Shown here in pieces: positions 10,661-24,149 of a stretch of DNA of 64,000 nucleotides. The DNA is taken from assembly GCF_963921235.1 (NCBI RefSeq), contig NC_086097.1, positions 13,020,001-13,084,000 on the forward strand, in the 5' to 3' direction. Source of the stretch: Mobula hypostoma. Taxonomy: Eukaryota. Every line of letters starts with the position of its first letter. Within the stretch, counting starts at the first letter, position 1. The notes under the pieces were generated by a model. The model ran no database searches, was not told the origin of the DNA, and saw only the letters and a list, made by a program, of their open reading frames with translations. The position numbers and the translations under genes are program-made.

Positions 10661-11039
10661 TCTAAACCTTCCCTATCCTGCTCAAATATGTTTAAAATGT
10701 TTGTTAATATCCCTGCCTCAACCACATCCTCTCACAACTCATTCCAGAGTTTATGCTTCAGGTAATTCTGATGAAGGGTTCCTCACCTGAAAGGTCAAAG
10801 GTCGAGGGTGAAAGATGAAATATTTAAGGGGAATCCGAGGGGACACTTCTTCAAGTGTGGAACGAGCTCCAGCAGAAGTTGTGTTTGTAGGTTTGTTGCA
10901 ACATTTAAGAGAAGTTTGGATGAGTATGTGGATGGGAGGGGTATGGAGGGCTGTGCTCCAGGTGCAGGTCAACGGGAGTAGGCAGAACAACAGTTTGGCA
11001 TGGACTACCTGGGCTGAAGAGCCTGTAGTAGTCCCTAAT

Positions 11040-11630
11040 ACATACAAAATGCTGAGTCAGGCAGCATCCATGGAGGGAAAATAATCATCAGGACTGGAAA
11101 AGAAGGGGCTAGAAGCCAGAATAAGAAGATGGGGAGAGGAAGCAGTACAAACTGACAGATGATAGGCGGAACTAGGTGAGGGGGAAGTTGGGAAGTGGGG
11201 GAGGAGGAAGAAGTAAGAGGGATAGGTAGAAGAGATAAAAGAAGTAATCTAATAGGAGAGGTCAGTGTACTTTGGAATAAAGGAAAGGAGGAGGGGAAAC
11301 AGAGGAAGGTGATGGGTAGGTGAGGAGAAGGGTAGGGGTGAGAGGGTAATTAAATGGGGAATGGAAAGAGCAGAAGGGTGGAGTAATTACTAGAAGTTAG
11401 AGAAATCGATATTCATGGCATCAGGCTGGTGGCTACCCAAACGGAATATGAGGTGTTGCTCTTCCAACCTGAGTTTGACCTCATCATGGTAATAGAGGGG
11501 GCCATGAACAGACATGCTGCTCCTGGAATGGGAGATCAAATTGAAAGAAGTATCCTGCCTTTAGTAACAGGCAGAGAGAAGGTTCTCGACGAAGCTGTCC
11601 CTCAACCTGCTTTGGGTCTCAGGGATGTAG
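11040..11630 (-). mobile_element. Penelope-like element 3' part (GIY-YIG C-terminus and terminal repeat)
   Basis: Homologous to 54003-54660 (GAGGTGTTGCTC..CAACCTGAG = RLEEQHL) with the purine-rich 3'UTR. Confidence 0.8.
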
Positions 11631-11959
11631 AGGAATTATTGACATTTCTAGTCAAACTCTTGCATCAGCTACTATGATTGGATGATTCTCCACTGCCCCT
11701 GGATATGCTTCAATGCTACAAATGCCCATTATAACAATGGATTCCTCTTCTTATGTCATGAGCTTTATGAACACCCAGGTTGGGACAGTCTTTCATTGAT
11801 TCCGTTTTAGCTATTATTCTATGGATTTATTGAGTATGCCCACAAGAAAATCAATCTCGGGGTTTTATATGGTGACATGTATGTACTTTGATAGTAAATT
11901 TACTTCTATCACTACCTCAGTGTCATTCTTTCAAACTAAAAACAAAAATTCTCAGCAAC

Positions 11960-12172
11960 AAGGCAAAATGCCGGAGAAACTCACCAGGACAGGCAGCACC
12001 TGCGGAAAGAAAAAAAAAAACAGTGGATGTTTTGGGCCAAAATCCTTCATCAGGATTTGGCCTGAAACATCAAGTGTTTATTCCCTTCCACAGATGCTGC
12101 CTGACCAGCTGAGTTCCCTTAGCATTCTGTGTGTGCTGCTCAAGGTTTCCAGAATCTGCAGAATCTCTTGTG
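11960..12172. mobile_element. Inverted pair of Penelope terminal-repeat fragments
   Basis: AACTCACCAGGACAGGCAGCA... and ...TGCTGCCTGACCAGCTGAGTT form a fold-back centred near 12050. Confidence 0.7.
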
Positions 12173-12376
12173 ACCTTGGCAGAAACATTCCGTTCAGCAT
12201 TGTTCATATGCAGAGGATTAAACAATGTTTAGAAGCTATTTATCAACTATTTGGTGACCATTTCTTGAGCCAATGGGGCAAAACCCTAATCACAACGATC
12301 GAGCAATAGCAGCTTTGGCTTTGACTTCTCCCACAATCCTGGTCATGGTGTTGCTGGAACTATGATGTCATTGAAG

Positions 12377-12566
12377 TCATAGTCATAGACATACTTTATT
12401 GATCCCAAGGGAAATTGGTTTTCGTTACAGTTGCACCATAAATAACTAATTAGTAATAAAACCATAATAATTAAATGGTAATCTGTAAATTATGCCAGGA
12501 AATAAGTCCAGGACCAGCCTATTGGCTCAGGGTGTCTGACCCTCCAAGGTAGGAGTTGTAAAGTTG
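12377..12566 (-). mobile_element. Rex1/Babar 3' end, short copy
   Basis: Near-identical to 1398-1595. Confidence 0.85.
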
Positions 12567-12709
12567 TGAGTAAATAGTTGCCAGAATATCTCTAGATCAG
12601 TACCAAATGCCATGTTCCTGAAGCAGCTATTAATTTCAACTAGTAATCCCCTTTGAAAAGTCATTTTCTTGATGGTTCTTGGCCTGATCCTACCTTACTT
12701 AGAGACTTA

Positions 12710-13095
12710 AAGTTCAAAGGTCAAAGTAAATTTTATTATCGAAGTACATGTATATCTGCAATAGAACCCTGAGATTTATTTTCCTATAGGTACAGTCAGC
12801 AAATCTCAAGAATTGTAACTGTAACAGGATCAATGGAAGATCAACTAGAATGCAAAAGGAACAATGTGCAAATGCAATTATAAATAGATAGCAATAAATA
12901 ATCAGAACATGAGATAACTAGATAGAGTCCTTAAAGAGAAAGCATTGCTTGTAGGAACACCTCAATAGATAGGTGAGTGAGTGTAGTTATCCTTTTGTTC
13001 AAGAGCCTGGTGGTTGTGGGGTAGTCACTGTTCTTGAACCTGGTAGTGTGAGTTCTGAGGTTCTTTTACCTTCTACCTGAGGGCAGCAGTGAGAA
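12710..13095 (-). mobile_element. Rex1/Babar-type LINE 3' end (no Dong insertion)
   Basis: TTCAAAG tail, ACCCTGAGATT, AGAGTCCTTAAA and GTTCAAGAGCCTG..TGTTCTTGAACCTGG. Confidence 0.7.
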
Positions 13096-13854
13096 ATATG
13101 CGAGAGTCAGGCATCGTGAAGTCAATTGGCTTGAGAAATAAAGAAGCTTTGTATATTCTTTCAGTTGTGATTCTGTCATCTTCTCATTTAATCTCCGTGG
13201 CCCATATTTGTGCCTTGTCTTAAAGCAGGAATCTGCCAGTGATAAATGTTAACTGCTCACTTTGGACATGTTGCTATTGAGCCAGTAACTGGCAGGTTTG
13301 AATTTGCAAATATATCCATTTGTGGCAACCTCTAGCTTGTTTATCTAACACCGATAACTACACTCTCAGATGGAGCCAGGCAGTACCTTGTTTATACAAT
13401 TGGATTTCTCCCAGTTCAGAGAGAGCTTGACTTCCAACCTTTTAATATAAAACATGTTGAGAGTAATGGCTGTAAGCACCTGCATTCCAAAAACCAGCTC
13501 AGGGAATGTTGTCAAAGTGCGTAGCACATCTCCTTCACAGAGTTCTCTGTAAACCTGATCTGACATCACAATGAAGTCATAATCCATCCTGTGTTGAAGC
13601 CCAATGTTATGAGGCTACTTCCTCCATTGGGCTCTGCTCTTCCTTTGAGAGTCTTGCTAGGGCTTGAGTTGGCAGTCAAATCAGCTTAGAATTTCCAATA
13701 AGTATTACAAAGAGGTTTTTGGCATTCCACTCAAAGTTCATAGATCAAAGTAAATTCATTATCAAAGTACATACAGCATATATCACCATATATAACCCTG
13801 AGATTCATTTTCTTGTGGGCGTAATCAATAAGCCCAATACACATAATGATTTTT

Positions 13855-14168
13855 GTCTTATATGGGCGATTATGGTTTTTCCATGACCATGATTGTTCTT
13901 GGCAAATTTTGCTACAGAAGTGGTTTGCCATTGCTTTTTTCTGGGCAATATCTTTATAAGACGGGTGATCTCCACCATTATCTATGGTCTCCAGAGATTA
14001 TTTGCCTGGCATCGGTGATTGCATATGGTGATATGCACCAACTGCTCAGATGACCATCCCTGATCAGGGGGCTAAGCAGATGCTACACCTTTTCCAAGGG
14101 TGACCTGCAGGCTAGCGGAGGAAAGGAACACCTTACACACTCTTTGGCAGAAACACATTTCCACCATC
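13855..14168 (-). mobile_element. RTE-related non-autonomous retroposon; second copy at 41695-42070
   Basis: Shared GGTCACCCTTGG.AAGGTGTA.CA head and AAGGCAATGGCAAAC.ACTT..GAAATTTG.CAAGA..ATCATGGTCATGG tail (BovA-like). Confidence 0.65.
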
Positions 14169-14204
14169 CTACCCAAATATACATAATAGAAGTAATGAAA
14201 TACC

Positions 14205-14400
14205 GCACCAACAGATGATGGATTCTGCTATCCGGCGACAATGCTCTCTGTAGATGTGCTCACTGGAGGCGACAGATTTTCCCATGAAGGACTGGTCCAT
14301 ATCCGTTACCTTCTGTAGGATTTTCCATTCAGTGGAATTGGTGTTTCCAGACCAGACAGTGATGCAGCTAGTCAATATACTGTTCATTGCACATCTACAG
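14205..14400 (-). mobile_element. Rex1/Babar C-terminal fragment
   Basis: SILTSCITVWSGN...KILQKV. Confidence 0.65.
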
Positions 14401-14649
14401 AAAAATATGCATGGAGGAAGTCGAAGTCTGGAGTTTGGAATTGCCCAGCTAAACGTGGAAAACTAACAGCAGTCAAGGATTCCCTGATCCTCTACAGGGG
14501 GCGCCATTGTCCATAGTGTCATGGAGCTAGTGTGGGAGGAGCTGAGGAATAACTGTTTAATGCAGTGAGTGCTCTGATTTGAAATGCATTGTTCTTGAGG
14601 GCGCTGGAGATAAAGGCAACTAATAATTGCAATAGAAATTGGGTATTTT

Positions 14650-15160
14650 TGTTAGGATTACTTTTCTTCAAGGTACTGGTCAGAGTGCATTTGGTGTGCT
14701 GTGAGCGCATTCTAAAGAAGGGTGTGTTGGCACTGGAGAAGGTCCAGTGAAGATTTACATGAATAATTCCATGAAAGGAAAAGTTTAATGCACTTGGTGC
14801 ATTTGATGGCTCTGGGACGACAGGGATCTCATTGAAAGCATTGGATAGAGTTGAACATGGAGAAGATGTTTTCAATAGTGGAGTTGTCAAGGACAAGAGG
14901 ACAGAGCCTCAGCATGAAAGGATGTCCCTTTAGAACAGGGATAAGGAGAAATTTATTTAGTCAGAGTGTGTTGAATCTGTAGAATTCATTGACACAAACA
15001 GCTGTGGAGACCAAGTCATTGGGTATATTTAAAGCAGAGGTTGATTGGTTCTTGAATAGTAAGGGTATCAAAGGTTATGTGGAGAAGGCAGAAGAATGGT
15101 GTTGAGAGGAAAAATAATTGAATGATGGAAAGGACTTAATGGCTTAATTCTGCTCCTTTG
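14650..15160 (+). mobile_element. CR1 3' fragment, degenerate
   Basis: GTGTTGGCACTGGAGAAGGTCCAG..; ends GGCTTAATTCTGCTCCT. Confidence 0.75.
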
Positions 15161-15169
15161 CCTCCTGCT

Positions 15170-15682
15170 TTGCAAGTTCAAGTTCCTGGGTGTCAATATC
15201 TCTGAGAATGTAACCTGGTCCAACATATCGATGCAGCTATAAAAAAAAAGGCAAGAGCACTGTCTGGTGTGGAGGGGATTGTAAGAAGGCACAGATAGTT
15301 GTAAAATGAGCCAGCTCCATCATAGGTACTAGCCTCCCTATTATCCAAGATATCGTCAAGGAATGGTGCCTCAGAAAGTGGGCATCCATTATTAAGGACC
15401 TCCATTACCCAAGACATGCCCTCTTCTCATTTTTACCATCAGGATGGAGATACAGAAGCCTGAAGGCGTACACTCAATGATTCAGGAACAGCTTCTTCCC
15501 CTCTGCCATCTGATTTCTAAATGGACATTGAACCCAAGAACACTACCTCACTTTTTCTTCTGTTTTTGCACTACTTTTAATTTCTCTTTTTATTATACAG
15601 ATGTATACTTGCTGCAATCTATTTATTTATTTATTCTATATTTATCATGTATTGCATTGTACTGCTGCCTATATCAGTGATA
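15170..15682 (+). mobile_element. Rex1/Babar 3' fragment
   Basis: TTCAAGTTCCTGGGTGTCAATATC (FKFLGVNI), ATGCCCTCTTCTCA..CCATCAGG, then a 3'UTR. Confidence 0.75.
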
Positions 15683-16399
15683 ACTCACTGAATCTACCAT
15701 CCCACCTCAATTTTAACCCCACTTGCAGTGTGCATAGTATTCTGCCTAGTCTCTGCTACCTGCACCCAGACTATAGCCCTCCATACCTCTCTTTTCCATG
15801 TACCTATCCAAACTTCTCTTAAAGGTTACAATTGAACCAGTATCCACCTCTTCCACTGGTAGCTCATTCTACATTCTCACCTCCCGCTCATGTTCCCCTT
15901 AAAAATTTCACATTTCACCCTTAACCCATGACCTCTACTTGACATCTCACTCCAAGATCTGAGTTCTGAAATCCTGCAAATGCTTCTAACTTCCTACCGA
16001 AGGATTTATACATTTGGAAATTCTTCCCTTTTGAGTGAGCCAACAGATCTCATCATTTATGGGCAAAAACTATGGCAAGGTGTTAATTTGACTCAGTGCC
16101 CTTCCAGTATTGATCCCTCAAATCATATTATTAAAACAAGGGATTGCTAAGGTGATTACTAAATAGGTTCTTCCTTCAGGCTGGAGAGTAGGAAACAAGA
16201 TTGGACAGTGTCTCAAAGATAGATCAGCTCATTCAAACAGAGATGAGGGGATAATATACTTTTTAAATGGAGTGTTGTAGATGGTGTGAAGAGAGTGAAG
16301 CACAGTAATGACTTGCTGGTAGCAAACAAAACTACAATTTACCTCAGTAATCACACTTTTTCCCAGATACCATCAGGGTAATCAATAGCCTGTAACTTC

Positions 16400-17053
16400 C
16401 CTTTCAGAATTGGGCTTTTGGACCACAGGTACGACTTGGCATTTTTGCAGTGTGAACTGAAGTCTCAAAGGTGCAGGATGGTTGTAGTATTCCAGGTACA
16501 CACTGAATAGAGGCAGTGGGGCCTGGGCCTGGGCCTGGTCCTGGTCCTATGGGTGGAGATCGAGTCAACATTTGGCCATTGCTGGATTGGACTTGGGGCA
16601 ATTTGATGTGGCAGAACAGAGGAGAAGCAGAGTTAAGGCGGCAAGGCCCAAGCCCAGATCCAAGAGTGAGGAACAACCCAAGGTTTGTCCGATTTAAGCT
16701 CTGGGCCAGATTTAAAAGGTTAGGGTGTCAGGGCTGGAGGCAAGGAACGGGCTGATGTTTGCTGGTCTACGAAGTTTACATGTCTCTGCCTGCAACTAAC
16801 GGGCTTCTGGATTCGCTGCAGTGATGACCGACTTCATGGCTGTGGACTCAGTTTCGTGAACTTCTGTTCTGAATGATATTTACTTACTTTTATTGTTTGC
16901 TTGATTTGTTTCTTCTCTCTGCAGATTGGGTGCTCGACAATCTTCCTTTTTTTTGATGAGTGCTGTCGGGTTTCTTTGTTTTGTGGCTGTCTATAAGGAG
17001 GCAAATCTCAAGGTTGTATATAATAAATGAACTTTGAACTTTAAACTTTAAAT
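16400..17053 (+). mobile_element. Non-autonomous element with LINE-type (CTTTGAA)n tail; similar tail at 40790-41362
   Basis: TTTTGTGGCTGTCT.TAAGGAG.CAAATCTCAAGG..AATAAATGAACTTTGAACTTT. Confidence 0.5.
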
Positions 17054-17104
17054 CTGAGAGTTGAGAGCTCACTTTGACCTATATTCAAGATTGATTGATT
17101 GATT

Positions 17105-17360
17105 GATTTAGAGATACAGCATGGAAAGGTCCTTCCAGCCCTTTGAGCCACACCGTCCAACAATCCCTTGATATAATCCTGGGCTAATCACGCGGAAATT
17201 TACAATGACCAGTTAACCAACTGGTTTTTGGTCTGTGGGAGGAAACTGGAGTACCCAGAGGAAACCCACGTGGTCACTGGGAGAACGTACAAATTCCTTA
17301 AGGGCAGCGGCGGGAAATGAAACCAGTTCTCCTGTACCATAAAGCATTGTGATATCATGC
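17105..17360 (-). mobile_element. HE1-like V-SINE
   Basis: TGTGGGAGGAAACTGGAGTACCCAGAGGAAACCCACG..GGGAGAACGTACAAA. Confidence 0.85.
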
Positions 17361-17704
17361 CATCCCAGGGTTGAGATATGTAGAATATTCAACACAGGGA
17401 ATAGATTGATATGGAAATCAGAAAGATGTGACAAAATTTTGATTATGACGTTACTAATTGGTGGAGAAGATATGAGGGACTATTGCTGCTTCTTGTTCTT
17501 ATGTTCCTGAGCTAATTCCATTTTTTGAGATCTTACTATGGGCTACCTGATGTACTATCAATTACTCCAAAAGGCTGGAAGTAGAGTAAATACTGAAAGG
17601 CTTTTATTAACAGTAAATGGACCAATGTCCATACTGCAAAGTGCATGGCTTAAGGGCGATTGAACTATTGTATAAAGAGGCGCCACAGTAATGCAAAACT
17701 TAGC

Positions 17705-17870
17705 ACCTGGGTTTCCTCCAGCTGCTCCAGTTTGCTCCTATCACCCAAAGACATACTGGTTAGTAGATTAATTGATCATTGTAAATTGTCCTGTGATTAA
17801 GCTAGGGTTAGAGTGGTCACCTGCTGTTTGGCACGACTCGAAGGGCCAGAAGGGCCTGTTTCACTCTGTT
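17705..17870 (+). mobile_element. HE1-like V-SINE fragment; another at 19110-19245
   Basis: GGGTTTCCTCCAGCTGCTCCAGTTT..CCAAAGAC..CATTGTAAATTGTCC. Confidence 0.75.
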
Positions 17871-18691
17871 CCCAACCCTATTTTTATGCCATGCACTAAT
17901 ACCATTAAGCAAGGGGTCCATGGACCCCCTGTTCTGAATAAATAAATGATAACACAAAGAAACAAATAAGTAAATAGATAAATGAATGAATAAATAAATA
18001 AATATAGATAGATAAACAAGCAAACAAATAAATAAAAACAGAAGATTGCTTTGCATAATGTTGTACTGGCTGCTGGAACGACCTGAACTAAAGAGAAGCT
18101 GAATTGACATTAGAAGCTCCCATCATGTTTGTCTTTGCTTTGTCGTACTTATTCTCATTTCCTACTGTCATAACTTTCCTCATATCCGAGACAATTTTCC
18201 ATGTATCCTTGCAGTAAGAGCACGACCTTTGTATTGAACTTCTTCCTGTGCTCTGCCCGTCATGATTATTTCACCCAAACGTTTGCAATGACGTCAGTAA
18301 ATTCCCTCATTCAGTAAAATCATGTTTTGCATCTTCATGTAAAAATTGAACAAGTTGCTCATTTGCACCAGCTTGGTTAAATATAAACTTTCTGATTGCT
18401 TTTAGAGTTCTGAATGCTATTCAGCATACTTCTGCCTGTAGACAATGTGGAGAGAGAAATTCAGGTTCCTCGAGGTGCATTAAACATTCCAGGCAAAGGT
18501 AGCTCTGCTTCCATTAAAGATACAGAGTCTGTGCTGAGGGAAATTGTCAATGGGCTCTCTTTGACAGTTCCCCATTCCCAGTAAGCAGAAGATTAAAACC
18601 AATGTAGTTGTGAGATTAGGAGAACAGGGCCAACTTTCTCACTTTTCTCTCTCTCGTGCATGCACGTATGCATACACATATATACACAGAC

Positions 18692-18692
<1 letters not shown>

Positions 18693-18735
<43 letters not shown>
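18693..18735. repeat. (CA)n microsatellite
   Basis: Pure AC run. Confidence 0.98.
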
Positions 18736-18743
<8 letters not shown>

Positions 18744-20049
18744 GTCAATGTAGGCAATGTAGTGATAAAGCATCGACAGCCAGAGGTCTGGACTATGGAT
18801 CCAGCAACATGAAATTAAAATGATGGCAAACTGAGGAATTTAAGTAATTAGATAAATCTGGAATTTAAAATGCTGCTAATAAAAATAACAATAACATGAA
18901 AATACCAGATTTTCCTAATAGCCCCATCTGCTCCCTTTCAGGGATCTGGTCAAGTTTATATGGGACTCCATACCCAGCTTTACCACCTCCCGTTGTTGGG
19001 GGCAATTGATGCAGATGGTAAATTCTGCAGACTATAGCAAACACTTCCAGCGTAGCTGGTAACTGCTGTAGATACTGGACAATCATAGGAAGCAAAATTA
19101 GCTTCATTTGAAATGTGTCGGTTTTCTCCAGTCGTCCAGTTTCCTCCTAAAGTCCAAAGACATACTGGGTAGATTAACTGATCATTGTAAATTGTCCCAT
19201 GATTGGATTAGGTTTAAATCACAGTTGTCAGGGGTCGCTGGGCAGCATTTACTTTTACTTTTTTACTTTAAAAATACAGTGTGGAATCGGTCCTTCTGAA
19301 GTGCCAGAATCATCGATTCCACTCTATCTCTCAATAACTTTTTTAAAATTATGGTCTTTATTACCTGGACTGCTCCTGAACAATTACATTTACGGGTTAT
19401 AAAGAAAATTGAATAAATTTGAGTCACTTTTTCTAAGATTTAAATGAAATGGATCAAATCCAGTTTTCACAGCTGGGCAAAGGCTTCCTTTCGTCACTTT
19501 CCAATGAAATCTAGTGAAGTCATTCTTCACACACATGTTTCAGATCTCAAACTAAATTATGATCAGCAGAAATGGTCCAAGAAAAGTTGTTTTAATATCA
19601 GCATCTCCATATGCACACAATGAAAAATATAATCCGAAACAATCTTCTTAGCATTTTAAGATTATTCTATACTTACTCAAAATTAAACATCCCACTTTTC
19701 AATCACACATGGTGAAAATGGATTGAAGGCAAGGTAAGGGTTTCATTTCTACTGGCTACATTTTAATTTCCTTTCCTTTAACACTGGAAGTACACGACAG
19801 GTCAGACTGGATCTGTGGAAGGAGTAACCGAGTTAACATTTCAAGGTGAGGGCTTAGCATCAAAATTGGGAAGATTAGAGGCAAATCGAACAATACATTG
19901 CGGTGGAAATGGTAATGAAGGCTTAGGGGCATGTTGACCTGTGACAGAGAGAACAAAAATAGTGATCTGGTTAGAGGACAACAGAGACTGAAAGGCAAAC
20001 GGAACAGAGAGTCAGAGTACAAAGAATGGGGAAAATGTTGAAGAAAAAC

Positions 20050-20480
20050 TCAAGAGATTTTGCAGATGCAGGAAATCCCAAGTGAAACACACAAAAATAC
20101 TGCAGGTCAGGCAGCATCTATGAAAATGAATGAATGAAAATTGACATTTCAAGGAAAGATTCTTCATCAGGAAGCTATCAAAGAGGAATAGCTGGTAAAT
20201 CTGGAGAAGAATAAAAGGAGAAGACATAAAATTATCTGAATATCCCCATTAGCAGATAACTTCATCAAAAGTTTAACCCCACTGCAACTCTGCCTCACCC
20301 TATCAATGAAATTCCCTTTATTCTATCCATCCTTCCACTAACCTCCCTGCAATTTAAAATCACTTTGTTTCATTGCTTCTCCAGTTAAAAGGTCCATAAA
20401 CTGTAATCGTATCTCTGTTTCTCTTTCCACAAACGTTACCCAACCTGCTGAACGTTTCCATTACTTCCAGTGTTTGTTTT
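20050..20480. mobile_element. Degenerate Penelope terminal-repeat fragments in both orientations
   Basis: GCAGATGC.GGAAATC..CACACAAAA..GCAGGTCAGGCAGCATCTATG and an inverted remnant near 20400-20480. Confidence 0.55.
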
Positions 20481-20889
20481 AATTATCTGAAATTATGGAC
20501 AAAAGTAAACTTTGAAAGCCAGAAATGTGAGTTGCAAGTGTTGTGAATTGGCTCAAAATGATGAACTCAACGTTGAGTCAGCAAGGTGTAGTCAGAAGTT
20601 GAAGTTTTTTATTTTTCCATTTTGTTTGTCTCTCCCAAATGGACACTGTATTACTATGTCTATCCCAAATGGTCACTGTGGGAGAGTAGCTTTTTTCATG
20701 AAATTCCAAGACTGTTTCAAGGGTGCTGTGGTTTGACGTTTTATATTCTGTGTGGGTACTTTTTTCGCTCGTTTTTTTTTGTTTGTATGATTTGTTCTTT
20801 TTTTGTGTGTTGGGTGTTTGATGTTTACTTTGAACAGGTTCCATGGTGTTTCTTTGTTTTATGGCTATCTGTGGAAAGACGAATTTAAG

Positions 20890-21715
20890 GTTTCAAAGTT
20901 ACATTTAATGTCAGAGAAATGTATACAATATACATCCGGAAATTCTTTTTCTTCGCAGCCATCCACGAAAACAGAGTGCCCCAAGGAATGAATGACAGTT
21001 AAATGAGAGAACCCCAAAGGCTCCCCCAGCTCTCCCCACCCATGCATAAGCAGTAGCTGAGCAATAACAGCCCCTCCACAAGCAAAAAAAAGCATTGGTG
21101 ATCCCACCGAGCACTCAAGCATGCAGCAAAGCATCAATAGTTTCACAGACTTGCTGTATTCCAAAGACTACTCGTTCACCCAGTAATTTCCCATACCACA
21201 GGCTCTCTCTCTCCCTCAGTCCCGCTTGTGGGGAGAAGAGGTGTCCCCATTTCACAGCAAGAGGGGAGACATAACAAACAACTCGCTGATTTACAATGCT
21301 AAAAGTCTGTTGTGTCACTTTTTCTGAGCTCTGTGCCCAAAGGACTCACTGGGCACACAGCCAGCAGCCAGCTCGCTGCTTTCGAACTTCCATGTACTCC
21401 CACGACACACCAGTTTCCTGCAGAGTCACTGACCTTGAGTCTACCCACCTCCAGAGCCACAAAATCCCAGAACCCTGAAGTCGCTCTAGTCTTCCAGGAC
21501 GCGTCCTTGGCTTATCAAAAAGTGGCCAAATGTGAGACCCTGAGAGCGGGTCCCATTCCCACAAAGAACCGAAGTCAGCATGTAACTCCAGCTCAGGGTC
21601 TTTAAAAAGAACCCTGAAAGGGAAAATTAGAGATATTAAAGTCAAAAATAGAGCTGTTTCCAAAGATGCAAGCAGAGGAGTTGTCATTAGGTGCCATTGT
21701 CCTCCTAAGCTTCAC
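20890..21715 (-). mobile_element. About 830-bp non-autonomous retroposon nested in a LINE 3'UTR
   Basis: Starts with the TTTCAAAG tail complement and interrupts the 20735-20889 / 21720-21775 tail repeat. No coding similarity. Confidence 0.5.
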
Positions 21716-21809
21716 CCTTATGGGTTGCATACAGCATGCATATTTTGATAATGAATGGACTTTGAACTTTGAAATTCCAATCACCATGTGTAGGTGTATT
21801 TTATTTTAT

Positions 21810-22075
21810 TTAATTAGCGACACAGCGCAGAATAGGCCATTTTGGTCTTCGAGCCTTGCCACTCAGCAACCCCTGACAACCTTGATTTAACCCTAACCTA
21901 ATTATGGGACAATTTACAATGATCCATTAACCTATGCGGTACGCCTTTGGACTGTGGGAGGAAACCTGAGCATCCAGAGGAAACCCACGGATTACAGGAG
22001 AAGTCGGGATGGAACTCCGCACTCTGACGACCCAAGCTGTAATAGTGTCACACTAACCGCTATGCTACTGTGGCA
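21810..22075 (-). mobile_element. HE1-like V-SINE
   Basis: CTTTGGACTGTGGGAGGAAACC..GAGGAAACCCACG..CACTAACCGCTATGCTAC. Confidence 0.85.
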
Positions 22076-22479
22076 TCCATCTATGTCACTTCTCCAGTAA
22101 TTTTATCGGCTCGTATATTCCAGGCCAACCACAGCCTCTCCCTTGTCTTTAATCTGTGCCCACCATATCTTCTTCATCTCATCACCCCAGACACTGTCCT
22201 GATGATTCATCACTCCTGTGAAATACAGGAGATCAGTAATTACCCATGACACTGGTCAGCCTCAGAGACCAAAGCCATCCAGAGGGGCAAATTGCTTATC
22301 TGACAGAAAACATTACATATAATCTGACAGGATCTCATTATACATCTGACATGATACATTCCCCCCAGTGATAACAGGCTCCACAGACTGGGCAAGAGCA
22401 TTTCTGAAAGTTTAATGGACAAATTGTAAAGCCAATTTATTATCAGATTCCATGTACTCTATGTTAAACCAAGGAAATT

Positions 22480-23330
22480 AAAGGTGTTGACTTCCTCTAC
22501 TTCTGATCCCTCTATGAGACTTGTTCACATATCTCCATTCTCCTCCTCTTGAAATCAATAATCAGCACAGTATTGGTGTTTCCATACCAGGCCATGATGC
22601 AACCAGTCAATATACTCTCCACTACTCATCTATAGAAGATTGTCAAAGTTTTAGATGTCATGCCAAATCTTCACAAACTTGTAAGGAGGTAGAAGTGCTG
22701 CTGTGATTTCTTCATTATTTCTCTTTCATGCTGGGCCCAGGATTGATTCCCTCAAATGATAACACTGTGGAATTTAAAGTTGCTGATCCTCTCCATCTCT
22801 GATCCCCTGATGAGGACTGGCTCATGGACCTCTGGTTTCCTCCTCCTGAAGTAAGTAATCAGCTCCTTGGTCTTGCTGACATTGAGTGGGAGGTTGTTGT
22901 TGTGGCACCATTCAGCCTGATTTTCAATTTCCCTCCTATATTTTGATTAGTCACCACCTTTATTTGGCCAGCGACAGTGGTGTCATCAGTAAACTTAAAT
23001 ATGGCATTGGAGCTGTGCTTAGCCATTCAGTCAAAAGTGTGAAGTGAGTAGAGCAGGGGGCTAAGGACACAGCCTTGTGGCGCACCTGTACTGTTTGTGG
23101 AGGAGAGGCTGTTGCCAATCCAAACTGACTGGGCTCTGCAAGTGAGGATAACTACAAGCTGTAGGGTAACAACTGTTCCTGAACTTTGTGGTATGGGACC
23201 TTAGGGTTGTGTATCTGTTGTTTGATGGTGGTAAGGAGGAGAGAGCATGGCCTGGATGGTGGGAGTCTTTGATGATAGATGAGGATAAATTTCTTCTAAA
23301 TTGTCTATTGCATAAGTTAATGATTGACCT
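22480..23330 (-). mobile_element. Degenerate Rex1/Babar RT fragments
   Basis: Reverse strand of 22960-23095 reads [15 protein letters not shown]...IFKFTDDTTV; HALSSLPPS at 23220-23260. Confidence 0.8.
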
Positions 23331-23361
23331 CCTGCTTCCATTCAGAGCACATCTCATCGTT

Positions 23362-24095
23362 CACACACAAAATGCTGAAGAACTCAGCAGGTCAGGCAGC
23401 ATCTATAGAAATGAATAAACGGTCAATGTTTCAGGCCATGATCCTTCTTCAGGACTGGAAAGGAAGGGGGAGATGTCAGAATAAAAAGGTGGGAGGGCAG
23501 GGAAGGAGGCTAGCTAGAAGGTGACAGGTGAAGTCAGGTGGAAAGGAAAGGTAAAGGACTGGAGAGGAAGGAATCTGATCAGAGAGGAGAATGGACCATA
23601 GGAGAAAGGGAAGGAAGAGGGGACACAGGGGGGAAGTGATAGGCAGGTGAGAAGAGTTAAGAGGCCAGAATAGGTAATAGAAGAAGAAGGAGGGGGAGGG
23701 AAAATGTTTTCCACCAGATGGAGAAATCGATATTCATGCGATCAGGTTGGAATACAAGATTTTTCTCCTCTACCCTGAGGTTGGCCTCTTCTTGGCACAA
23801 GAGGAGGCCGTGGACCGACATGTCGGAATGGGAATGGGAATCAGAATCAAGATGTTTGCCGACAAGGAAGTTCCGTCTTTGCTACGTGGAGCAGAGATGC
23901 TCAAAGAAACTGTCCCCCAAATTAGCTCATGGCTCCCAATGTAGAGGAGGCCACACTGGGAACACCGGACCCAATAAAGGACCCCAGCAAGTGTGCAGCT
24001 GAAGAGTTGCCTCTCCTGGAAGGACTGTTTGGGGTGCTGAATGGAGATGAGGGTGGAGGTCTATGGGCAAGTGTAGCACTTAGGTATCTTGCAGG
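23362..24095 (-). mobile_element. Penelope-like element 3' part
   Basis: Collinear with 54003-54800 (GIY-YIG region plus terminal repeat). Confidence 0.85.
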
Positions 24096-24149
24096 AATTA
24101 ACTCCTACTAGAACAGATTTAAAAAAATATTTTGAGGATATCTATATCA

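Noticed and set aside
13366..13587. Protein-looking ORF MDYDFIVMSDQVYREL in unique DNA with a possible acceptor
   Set aside because: No recognisable family, weak donor (CAG|gtgctt) and no partner exons; would need RNA-seq or BLASTX.
16516..16550. GPGPGPGP-encoding hexamer repeat
   Set aside because: Short (GGGCCT)n slippage inside a repeat; non-coding.
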